Assembly (NCBI GenBank): GCA_023920165.1 | Contig: CP089274.1 | Coordinates: 3,596,001 to 3,660,000, forward strand | Origin: Curvularia clavata | Lineage: Eukaryota | Direction: 5' to 3' | DNA length: 64,000 bases | Shown here: positions 24,620-35,560 of the stretch, in pieces | How positions within the stretch are numbered: position 1 is the stretch's first letter | How the letters are laid out: every line of letters begins with the position of its first letter | Position numbers and translations under genes: made by a program | Notes under the pieces: model-generated | Databases searched by the model: none | Told to the model about the DNA's origin: nothing | What the model saw: the letters and a program-made list of their open reading frames with translations, nothing else

Positions 24620-25269
24620 CCGCGAGTACATAGTATAACGAAGTACAAGTACAGTCCTCAGCAATATAGTCACGTGGTCATCGTACACAGGACGCTGTGA
24701 TTTGCGAGGCGGACCGCGTCATGGTCTCGCCATCAACACTGCCGCAGACATTGTCAACGTTGCCAACGGGCAGTGCGACGCCACAGAAGCAGGTCAGGTG
24801 AGTTTATCAGCATGTGGTGGGCTCACCGTGACACGATGTACAGTGCAGCCGGACGACATACATAGGGGTAGTTGGATCATTGCGGGCTGCCGGGAATCTC
24901 CAAGCCGATACCAAAAGAATCTCCTCATCCATCACAAGGCGGTCAGCCACAACGGGCATGGCGGGTCGGCTGTGATTGGTGGGCAGTGGCGCTAGTCCCT
25001 GGCTACTAACGCGTTGACCTCTCGGAACAGCAGTGAACCTGGGTGGCAAAAGTGGTACGAATGGCGATCAGGGCGCCGCCAATCTGCAATTTAATCCGCC
25101 TCCTTTGCCGTTACTTCAATTGTACCTCATCGCGCTCCGCCAATCGCTCATTCATCATTGCTGCCGCTTGCAGTCATTCCACCCTTTGTTTCTTTTTTTT
25201 TTCGTGTCCTGAAAAACAAAAGAGAGTTTCACACGCCGACCGCCCCCTTCCGCACTGCGAGCCGGCAAA

Positions 25270-26292
25270 ATGTACGTCTCCAAAGCCATTCACAACCGAC
25301 GACAACAACACAGATGCTTACCTCTGTTAGGAACAACGCAACCTCCATCCTGACGCCCATGGCGCAGGACACATACTGGGGTTCTTTTGAGGAGATCTCC
25401 AAGTACAATGTCCAACTCAACTATCTCGAGAGGATGTGGATGACTTGGTACGCGTGGATGGGCAACGACGTTCTGGCAACGGGCATCATGTCTTTTGTGA
25501 TCCACGAGTCGCTTTACTTCGGACGCTCGCTCCCCTGGATCATCATTGACTGCATTCCCTGGTTCAACCGCTACAAGATCCAGCAGGTGCGTTTTGACAG
25601 CACAAAGCTTCCAATGACTGACCAAAGCTAACTCCTCCTAGAACAAGATCCCCACCGCTTGGGAGCAGACTCAATGCGCCCTCCTCGTCCTCCTCTCCCA
25701 CTTCACTGTCGAACTTCCTCAGATCTGGCTGTTCCACCCTATGTGCCAGTACTTCGGCCTCGAGACCTCTGTTCCTTTCCCTAGCGTCTACAAGATGGCC
25801 TACCAGATCGCCATCTTCTTCGTCTTTGAGGATGCATGGCACTACTGGATGCACCGTGCTATGCACACAAGCTCTTTCCTCTACAAGAACGTTCACAAGA
25901 TCCACCACCAGTACTCTGCTCCCTTCGGTCTCGCCGCTGAGTATGCTTCGCCTATTGAAGTCATGGTTCTGGGTTTCGGTTCTGTCGGTGTCCCCATTGT
26001 CTGGTGTGCCATCACCAAGGACCTTCACATCCTGACCATGTACGTCTGGATTGTTCTACGTCTGTTCCAAGCCATCGACGCCCACAGCGGCTACGAGTTC
26101 CCCTGGAGCCTGCACCACTTCTTGCCTTTCTGGGCCGGCGCTGAGCACCACGACGTTCACCACGAGAAGTTCATTGGCAACTACGCTAGCAGCTTCAGGT
26201 GGTGGGACTTTGTCCTTGACACCGAGGCTGGTGCTGAGGCCTCCAAGAGGCGCAGGGAGCGGAAGATGGCCAAGTCCAGGAAGGCCCAGTAA
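25270..26292 (+). CDS. ERG25: C-4 methylsterol oxidase
   Basis: Histidine boxes HYWMHR, HKIHH and HHDVHH, plus [12 protein letters not shown] and [10 protein letters not shown]. Introns 25272-25330 (inferred, splits the ATG) and 25587-25641. An alternative start is ATG 25359. Confidence 0.95.
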
Positions 26293-26806
26293 ACGAGCAT
26301 ATGACATTTCTCATGTGTATGAAGAGGCGCTGGTTTCGGCTGGCTCACATACTGGCCAATCTTGATGTGGTTCGGGCACGAAAATGGCGTTTTTGGTAAA
26401 GGAAAAACGCAGCTATGCATTTTGACGGCGGCGATTAGATTACAGACCTGGATAATAGCATGAGTGTTGGCTGTAAATAGGAGCTGGGTCTTCATAGAAT
26501 ATTTACCTAATAATTGATACGGTCGTTATGTTTATACTTTCGTTGAATTTTTCTCTTCAGATGTGAGCCTGGTTTTAAGAATCAGATGCCGGAATTAAAG
26601 GTGAAGCCGTGCGTGGGAGCTCCGATTGATGAACATTGCATACAAAACTGGTGTGAACAACGAACGCCCCTGGTGATAGCGCGGGTTGGTCTTGGCGCGG
26701 CCAGCCATGGCGCGTCGACATTCCGAGCTTCATCAACTTTCTTTGGTCCTCTCGTAGCCGCGCAATCACCACCATCGCCCAGACTCTATACTAATTCGTC
26801 GACAAA

Positions 26807-28218
26807 ATGAGTTCTGGACGTCCAGTCGTCCATCAGGACTACATTGCAAAAATCCGATATTCGAATGCGCTTCCTCCTCCACCATGCCCGCCCAAGCTGC
26901 TGGACATCCCCAATACCGGCCTTTCGAGCGGACAATACACCTCGGCGGGCTTTGCGTCAAGGCTGGCGCGAGAGCAGTCGCTGAATATTGAGGCGGATGC
27001 GGAGTTGGGTATGCCGATCGATCTGGTTGGTATTCCCAAAGTATTCGATGGAGACGAGTCTGGTAAGTGCAAGTCTGCAGCGCAAATGTCGCACAGCAAC
27101 TGACGCGTCATGTAGCTATTCAGGCCATGCCTCACCCACCGCCGCTCAGTGCGGTAGACAAGGCGCTCATGCGACCGCCCAATGCGCTTGGCAAATCAAC
27201 GACCAATGCGACGGGTGCTACCTTCTTGCGACGAACGGAATACGTTACTGCAAGCACCACTGGTGGTTCGAAATTCGAGTCTAGTAACTCGTCCAACACC
27301 ATGCGCTTGCGCAGGAAGCGGAAACAGGTGGAAACATCACTGGACGATCCTACAAACATCGCACGACACATATTGAAGGGCTTCAACATTGCTTATCCAG
27401 CAGATGCGTACAACGGACAGGACAACGCAGAGAACATTAGGGCAGCGGAATCGACACCTGAAGAGCGATTGGCATGGAACAAGCCCAAGCATCCCAGGAA
27501 CCCCAACCTCAAGCTGCTCGACTCTTACCCGTTGCTACCAGACTGGGACGCTACGCCCGACACTGGTGGGTACATGGTCTTCAAATTCACTGCACCGCCC
27601 ATCAATAATCCCCTCGATCCTTCATACGACCCACGACTCGATGTTGCTCTTCTCCGTCCTGCTGGCCAGACCATTCAAGACCAAGAAAAGTACATGGAAG
27701 ATCTTCAAGCGCACAAGCTCGACCCAACTGTCCCGCCGCCTATTGCACGTTATCAATTCGAGTTCTTCTTGCCTTCAGACAAGAGCAAAGTCCGTGGTAT
27801 TAAACGCAACTTCACAACCCACGACCCCACAAACGAGGACGACATCGATTTCGACATTGCCGAAGACGACGAGGGCCAACCGCGCAAGTGTTTCAAGTAC
27901 GACAACGTCCGTACCTACGAGACTTCGCAACAAGTCGGTGACCCCAGTGATACTTATGGCGATGTGGTCGCGCTTGCATTACACGATCCTGAGAAGCACG
28001 AAAATGAGTTGCTGAGAGACACAAAGCTGCAGAAGGCGGCATACTTCTACCCCATTACACAAAGGACTAGCTTAAGGCCCAGACGGCCAGGCCGTGTCGA
28101 TATGACAGAAGAGCAGCCAAAGGTCGACATCATCGAGGCAGCGGGCAAAGACCCAGACTCATCTGAAAGGCGGGAAATCTACAGGAAGAGGGCTGAAGGC
28201 ATTGACGTAACAGAGTAA
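26807..28218 (+). CDS. PAF1: RNA polymerase II-associated factor Paf1, 2 exons
   Basis: HQDYIAKIRYSNALPPPPCPPKLL, DAELGMPIDL, FLRRTEY, YPLLPD and AAYFYPI. Intron 27063-27115. Confidence 0.93.
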
Positions 28219-28860
28219 ATGTTTTTGACTCCTTTTTCGCCTCTCGAAAAAGGTCGCGTCTTTTTATTCAAGTATGCTACTCTCGAACTATCAAATGCTT
28301 AAGCTTATTGTAATGTGGGGACTTATCATCAGCGACGGCGTTAAAGCATGGGGATGGACATAGTACCAGATTATCTTTGCGATATGCAAAAAGTGGGACT
28401 TGGCTCATCAATTTCAAGGGTGACAGATTGGGGCAGAAGTATATGAGCAAGAAAATTATGCATTGGTTGGTTACTTTCTCCTATACTCAAGGCGGTATGG
28501 ATATGCAAGTGAGGAATGCTTCTCAAAACTGTGTCCTTTTTAAGTTTTTGAAATACTCCATCCAAGACTTAGTCTATCACAAGGAACGCTCAAAAAAGAT
28601 AAGCACAATGCCTGCAACGCAACGCTGTAAAAACCGAATATTGTCAACCCGTAAACAGCAAAGACCTAAACACTAACGCGATAACTCCCGACAATCCTGC
28701 CATAAAATCTCTGCACCCCGTTAAGTACCGGTAAATCCCTCGTTAATTATGCGTTATTCAAATTTCGGCTTGATACTGTAAGCAAGTTAGCGAAGTGTTT
28801 CTTTCCACAGAATAGCAAGATTGATAGGGACATACCCACATCGCGGTCTCCAATCTACTG

Positions 28861-29037
28861 TCATTGTATCCCTGGTTTTCCAACACTCTTCACATAGTAG
28901 ACGAGTGTGATGAATGCAATAACAAAGAGACCAAATTGGCTGGCTGCATTCAGGCCAGCCCAATCTTGGCCCCTGGCGCCCGAGCAGTGGTGAATGGGGA
29001 GGATTGGCTTTGGATTGTGTCCGAACCAAGAAGACAT
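28861..29037 (-). CDS. Small single-TM micro-protein, paralog A (58 aa; 66 aa if started at a spliced ATG at 29127)
   Basis: GCCACCATG context and an upstream intron 29125-29060 (GTATGT...GCTAAT...TACAG). The C-terminal helix is nearly identical to that of the ORF at 30490-30750. Confidence 0.7.
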   Translation of the reverse strand: MSSWFGHNPKPILPIHHCSGARGQDWAGLNAASQFGLFVIAFITLVYYVKSVGKPGIQ

Positions 29038-29489
29038 GGTGGCGACAACAAGACTCGACCTGTACGTATGTATTAGCACATGTCACTAAAACACTGAGTG
29101 GTATCAGGGCAGTAGAAATACATACATGAAGAAAATTTGACCTGCAAGAACGTTCAAGCGTATGCCAGTGAAGATGCAGTGAAGTTCAGTGAGATGTTTT
29201 GATGTAGAGTGCTGTGCCTGTCTTTGATCACAAGCATTACCCTTATGTAGTTCTCCCGTCCCGAATAGGGTGGGTGGGCGGAAGGGTCAAAGTTTGGGAC
29301 ACTAAAGTTACTGTTTCATGATACATCACCCGCTATAATTCGCTCAGCGTCCCTGGCGCTATGCCGATTATCGCTTTCGCCACCCGCGACTACTACTACC
29401 CAGACTAGTCTAGGCGACAGCAACTCTAAGAGCTACTTCCTACACCCATTTACATTTCGAAGGATTCTTATAAGTGGTATTTCTCAAAG

Positions 29490-29885
29490 TTATACAGTGA
29501 CTTTATCAACTTTCAGGTAGTAGTAGTAACACAAATCTGGTCCAGAAATTGACAAAAGCTGTCCAGTAGTGAAGCGACATGATGCCGCCGACTTCGCAAG
29601 GCAGAGAACGTAGCACTGCTTCCGCACGTGAAGTATCATGTGGCTATGCCAACCATCTTCAGTCCCTGAGCCACCGCGTCGTCGGTCCCTTCGCTTAACG
29701 GCGACGTGACTTGCTCTGATTGGGCGCGGAAGTACTATTCCAACGGAAACAACAATTCCATACTCCAAAACGCGTAACATTCTTGTTCTTGGCAGTCCTG
29801 TTCTTCGCTTAGAACTTGGAGTGAAGGGGTCCTCGGCTCTGGTTGCGGGTTTGACCATTTTGCCCCTGATCAAGCGTCCAATCAT
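29490..29885 (-). CDS. Hypothetical Arg-rich 131-aa ORF between the two micro-protein paralogs
   Basis: ACCAACATG context and a short hydrophobic stretch (YGIVVSVGIVL). No family recognised. Confidence 0.3.
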   Translation of the reverse strand: MIGRLIRGKMVKPATRAEDPFTPSSKRRTGLPRTRMLRVLEYGIVVSVGIVLPRPIRASHVAVKRRDRRRGGSGTEDGWHSHMILHVRKQCYVLCLAKSAASCRFTTGQLLSISGPDLCYYYYLKVDKVTV

Positions 29886-30489
29886 GTTGGTAACGATGAT
29901 GCACTGACATTTGTAGAGGTAGGCGGTGTAGTTACTTTTTTTAGATGGCTTACAATGGATGGACTTCAAAGTAGGTATTTGAGATATTGTTTCCGGCTAG
30001 ATAGCTTTTGCTCGACAGGACTCCGAATAGACTAAGTTGGCAGTATTTTAGCCTGAGGTCGTATTTTTATTGGTACTGAAGGTAGCTGATCTCGGTATGG
30101 AACCGCTGCTCTCTGGAAATTCAAGCTTGGGTTTGTTTGCCACAGCCTTTTTACATCAAGAACTCTCGTTTCAGACTGAACATGAGCAGGAAATTATGTA
30201 TTGGCTCATCACTCTCATACATGGGTAGTATAAATACAGTAATAAGCGATGCTCACTTGAAACCCTGCATTATTTTCCTGCTTGACCTCTTATCCCATGA
30301 AGACCAAAAACATATCCGAACACTTGGTATTTGTACGCCGGTTGGTGTCAGCAGCTGTTTTGAAAGCTGCCTTTTGTTCAAACTCTGACCTAGCGTTGTT
30401 GACTTAGCTAAGGTTTCTCCTTGTTGTAGTCAGGATCTTGATGTACCTCCATCGCAGTCTCTCATCTAAAGCGACTGTGGCCTACACGT

Positions 30490-30750
30490 CTAGATACTCT
30501 TCGCATAATAGACGAGGGTGATAAAAGCAAGAACAAAGAGGCCGAACTGACTTCCTGCGCTTAAGCAAAGTAACCAAAATGTTCTGATGCGGTTGTGCAT
30601 GATGGCGGTGGCCTTGCGATTAAGTCGCCATCCAGAATAACCCGGAAGCCGATGATGGTACTTGGCTGGTGGTGGTATTTGGTTGTGAGTGGGTAGGATA
30701 GTGGGTTTGGTGGCTTTTTGGTTGCGCTTACTTCTGCGTAGGGCGAGCAT
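30490..30750 (-). CDS. Small single-TM micro-protein, paralog B (86 aa)
   Basis: TATAAAAA at 30914-30907, 5'-UTR intron 30806-30758 (GTACGT...ACTAAT...CACAG), CTCACCATG start context and C-terminus AGSQFGLFVLAFITLVYYAKSI. Confidence 0.72.
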   Translation of the reverse strand: MLALRRSKRNQKATKPTILPTHNQIPPPAKYHHRLPGYSGWRLNRKATAIMHNRIRTFWLLCLSAGSQFGLFVLAFITLVYYAKSI

Positions 30751-32306
30751 GGTGAGGCTGTGAAACTGTATTAGTACACAGCGCCATGGGCAGTAGGAGT
30801 ACGTACGTGGGAACAATTGAGACGGAAGAACTTCAAGTATGTGCTAACGAAATATACGGAGATGTTCCCTTGCAAAGTGCTGCCAAGCGTTCCACGGAGC
30901 GAATACTTTTTATATTAACATGAACAAGACAGCGTATAGTGAAGACACAAGACCTGATGTCGTGGGAATCTTGTAGATTTGTTTGATCGATCTGGTTGGG
31001 ATTGGGGGTCTTTAAATATGGAGGGGCCAGCCCAGTACACTACCATTGAGCATCCCGCAAAGCAAGGATGGTGATTGTTGTGGAGCCCGAGTGGCCTAGG
31101 GACCGGGGCGGACATTCTTGCAGCAGGAGGGCCCAGGGACATGGCCCTCGCATGCAGCCAAGAAAATGTTTGGCGGTTGTTGGGTGGTGGTTTTAGTGCA
31201 GAGCTGACGGGCAGGGCACCGTAGTTCTAGCATTGAATGAGGTTAGCTCCCGAATGGCTAATGCGCCCTCCATGCTGGCTATTCTCGCTGTAGGGTTCTT
31301 ATTCGCTTCATCAACATGCATGTTCTTCTTTACTGTGCAGCATTTCACGTCAGCTTTTTGACGCGGTGTTGGCAGTAAGAGACTCTATACCATAGATATA
31401 CGAATCTCTCAGCCTGGTAGCGATGCGGAACGCCCACAGCAGTCCGGGGCACTCCAAACGCCAGGCGGCGATGCAGGACCGAGAGCAGTATTTCATTTTC
31501 AAGTTCATTTTGTGTCGAAGGCTTGCCTGTGGTGATTGACCAATCAAAAGTGTCTTAAAATAACGACAGGCCGCCCCTCAGCCCACCAGAACTGCGGGCA
31601 TGCGAGCTGCGTCAGAAGACCAGCTGGTTTCACTCCCAAGCCACCACGCTTTTAGTCTCTCTTGCCGAGGTGTACATATAAGTGACCACCATTCTTCTCT
31701 GCGTCACGTGCTATCTTATCTAAAGGCTTAGATCAACCCAACGATGTTATTGCCTTAGGCTAAACCAATGGTGCCTATCGCCACTTTAGAAACCAAGGGA
31801 CTCCTGGTCGACTGGTAAACCGAGAAATTCAAAACGGCGAAAGAAGAGCTATCCACAGAACGATTTAGTTACAATGATCCTTCAATACTTGTAGATACAT
31901 ACATATATAGTAATGGTTTTAAGTACTAGATTAGTTTAGATCTCCTGTTCATACGCAAAAGTAGTGGTTTTGTGATTTTGGATCGGTGTTAAGAGCCACC
32001 ATTTTCCGTTTTTACTGATCGATCCGAGAAGAGATAGGTATTTTTGTGCTTCATTGAGAAATAAAGTTACCCTCGCAGTCATTGTAGTGTTTGCAAGTGA
32101 TGTGTGCTTTTTTACGTCATGTATAACTAAAGACTGCTTACTAGTCTTCTGCTCTAACTGAAAGGCCAAGGGCCAGAGATGATAACTATGGAATGCGGTT
32201 TGATTTGCTAGTATTGTTCAACAATGCGCCGAGGAATAAATATGGGCAGTGAATAACCCCTCAATCTTTCTGATGGTTTATCTTAAACTATAGCCCCAGC
32301 GGTACA

Positions 32307-32901
32307 TTGTTGCTGTGGTAATGCAATTTCCCTGCCGGTTGAAGCCCACGGCCTATTCATCGATTACAACCATGAAGGGAGCTACTCTCATCTCACCGTA
32401 TATGATCAGGTTCATGGAGCCAATCGGTCAATCGAAATAGGCAATGATTGATGTTAGGGACTTTGCAATAGAATATGAGGCGCTCAAAATCTATCGAGGT
32501 CATCATGTAACCCATTACGAGCAATAATGGAAACGCCTCAGAACGCTGTACTAGATTTGGACTGGAGGGACAAAGAACATAACATCGACGCCGCTCCCCC
32601 AGGGAATATACGTGTTCACTTTGAGGCTCTCCAATATTTCCGCCCTGTTCTCATCAAATCCTTTTTTTGGTTTGGTTGGGCTGTCACAGAGCAGAACTTT
32701 GAAGCTGTTGTACTTCTGCGTTCTTTTGATGAAAAACAAGGTCGCAACTTTCAAGAAATGTGCCAATTTGGCGGCGAGAAAGGAATAATGATCCTCTGTC
32801 GTACGAAAGAATGACCATTGTTTGTGGAGCAGATGAAGGGCTGGGGTACGCGGACATTTCGAGACTGTAGCGCTAATGCGGTGTTTTATTTCCGCAACTA
32901 A
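32307..32901 (+). pseudogene. Possible decayed gene of unknown family
   Basis: Protein-like open segments (GNAISLPVEAHGLFIDYNHEGSY...; METPQ...CRTKE*PLFVEQMKGWG...) broken by stops and frame changes. Confidence 0.25.
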
Positions 32902-33604
32902 CAGGGCTGATGTGTATCAGGGCACTTTCCTTCCACTGTCTTCAACTACCACTTTCCTACCCCCACCCTGCTGCTTTGCCAACGCCTTGACCGTATGCGA
33001 CCTCTTGAACCATAACACATGCGGCTATACTCGAACAGGATATGACTAAAGCGTCATTAACAGGGGTCTTTGCGACTGGCCTGGAGACAGCCCTAATGAT
33101 TCTCTGGAAGAACTGAGTTAAGCAATCGCTTCGTGAAGGCAGACACAGTATAATGCGCTAGCAAATTCTCAATAAACTGAACATATCACGATTCAAGACA
33201 AGTCATGTACCTGCATGTCTGCCGTTTACGGACGATCGACCGTTGGTTTCGAGATCCCAAGGCCCTTGCGTCATTGCTTACAGTTACCAAACCCCCCCTT
33301 TTCGGGATCGAAGCAATTTCGTGCCGAAATTGGCCCGCCCCGGCAACCCACCTGATGCGACCACATGCTTTGTAGTCAGGGCAGGGTTTTGGGAAAACTT
33401 GTTCTCGTCTCTTTCTTTTGTCTTTGGGATGCGCAAAACGACTGTTGTCCCTGCCAAATCTAACACAAGGTCGATTGGAGATCCCGTGGCTGGAGACGTT
33501 GCTACTGCCAAAGCAGCGCTTAATACCCATTGTTATTGTTTTGCATAACACACTCTTTTTACCACTCGGATCCCCGGAATCGCGACAAACACTACGACTG
33601 AAGC

Positions 33605-34639
33605 ATGACTTCCCACCAGAATACTCGCGCTGTATCCCAAAAGCATATCTTAGCACCATCTTTCCCCTTCACAGCACCGAAGCTCTATCAAAGTGATGAA
33701 GTACCATCCTGGTATGCCCACAACAACTACATCCAAACCGCCTACCGCCCCGTCACAAAATCCACTCGCCTCTGCATCCAAAGCCTCGCCTATCTCCATA
33801 ATGAAACTATCAACATCTACTCGCACCTCATTCCCGCACTACTCAGTCTCCTGGGCAGTCACTCTTTCAGCCTCAACTTCGCAGAGCGGTTTCCCCATGC
33901 GTCATGGAAGGATGAACTCATGTTCCGCATCTTCTTGACTACCTGTGTCATCTGCTTCGGCATGTCGGCTGCGTACCACACGCTGCTGTGCCATTCGCAG
34001 CTGTTTGCGAAGCTCTGGGTTCGCCTCGACTATGTGGGTATCGTGGTACAGATCGTGGGGTCCTTTGTGCCGGGCATCTACTTTGCGTTTTACTGTGAGC
34101 CAAATCTGCAGAAGCTTTATTGGACTATGGTACGTTTTGTAAATTTAAGGTGATGATATTGAATGCTAACTACTACTGTTTTCTGTTCAGATTGTCACTC
34201 TTGGGGCATTGGCGGCAACTATTGTCTTGAACCCAGGCCTTCAAGAACCAAAGTGGAAGACGTTACGGTTGTCAGTGTTTGTGGCCATGGGGCTTTCGGC
34301 CTTTGCGCCGATTGTTCATGCCAGCAGCATCTTTCCATACGGCCAGTTGGATCAGCAGTCGGGCTTACGTTATTATTTCTTGGAAGGAATCTTGATATTG
34401 ATTGGCGTCGGGTTCTATGCCGTAAGCTCTTACACTCCTACCACACATCTTCTGATTGCTCATGTTAACATGTATCGCAGGCACATTTTCCCGAATCCTG
34501 GAAACCCAAACGGTATGACATTTGCGGTGCATCACACCAGATCTTCCACGTTGCCGTTGTTCTAGGCGCGGTAGCTCATTATTATGGTATCATGAGCGCT
34601 TTTGAGTGGAACTATGAAAACCAGCGCTGCAAATGGTGA
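33605..34639 (+). CDS. PAQR / haemolysin-III family membrane protein (IZH-like), 3 exons
   Basis: [37 protein letters not shown] and [21 protein letters not shown]. Introns 34130-34190 and 34422-34480. Confidence 0.92.
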
Positions 34640-35191
34640 TTACGTCTTGTTGAATCCACCCACGAGGACGATACCAGGCAGACTACTAATCTTTTGCATA
34701 CACAGCGTAGTCTTGTGCTGATACGAAGCAACTAGTAATGTTTATTTCCTTAATGTCTTGAATACGACTTTGAACTAACGAGAAGGGTTCACATTATTCC
34801 TTCTTACCTCTCTGTTGTTCTCAGCGCTTTAAGTCAGTACCAGTTGGCTGCGCAAAGAAGAACTTTTTCCGTCAAGCTCTCGATACTATTTAATTATAAA
34901 ATGTACATGATAGTTAGTATGATAATCTAGTGATCATTAACGCAAGGCTTTTCATGTTCATCACGTCCCGCACCGTTCGATGGTCGTTCACACCAACATT
35001 TTTTTCCTACTAGGCCCACGCCCCACCTGTGAAAAAAAAAACTCTAGCTTCCCGCACTTCACCCACCCACCCAAGTCCAATCTCGACAGAACGGATACAG
35101 GCCTATCCTATCATACATTCGAACCTCTTCATTCACGCTGAATACAAGACCAAATCAATTTCACGATTAGTCATCGAAGTACCAAAACATT

Positions 35192-35290
35192 GGTGAGATG
35201 GCCGAGTTGGTTATGGCGCCAGGTTAAGGTTATCTTAACATCATATTCCTGGTCACGAAAGTGGCGTGGGTTCGAGTCCCACTCTCATCA
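35192..35290 (+). tRNA. tRNA-Leu(AAG) with a 17-nt intron (35230-35246)
   Basis: Acceptor stem GGTGAGA/TCTCATC, A box TGGCCGAGTTGG, anticodon stem CCAGG/CCTGG with AAG at 35226-35228, long variable arm and B box GGTTCGAGTCC. Confidence 0.95.
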
Positions 35291-35324
35291 GCATTCGTCT
35301 GGCTTCGCCAGATACTCCAGGTTC

Positions 35325-35332
35325 TTTTTTTT
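35325..35332 (+). terminator. Pol III oligo-T terminator
   Basis: T run about 35 nt downstream of the tRNA. Confidence 0.75.
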
Positions 35333-35560
35333 CCTCTTGCAGTCTTTTTGCTTCGTCATGTTCTGCGGTTGACGGCGGAGGTGTTGATGACGTGAAAACT
35401 TGACAACGAGGTGCTCAGTAGTTGGTAGTATTTTTTATATCCATGTCATTTCGATATCTGTAGTGGGGGAAGTCCGATGTTCCTTGCTGCCGACATATAT
35501 CAGTCGTACCAGGCATGGAGACGCGGTAACGAAGAGCCGTACCGTTCAAGCAGTGACCCA

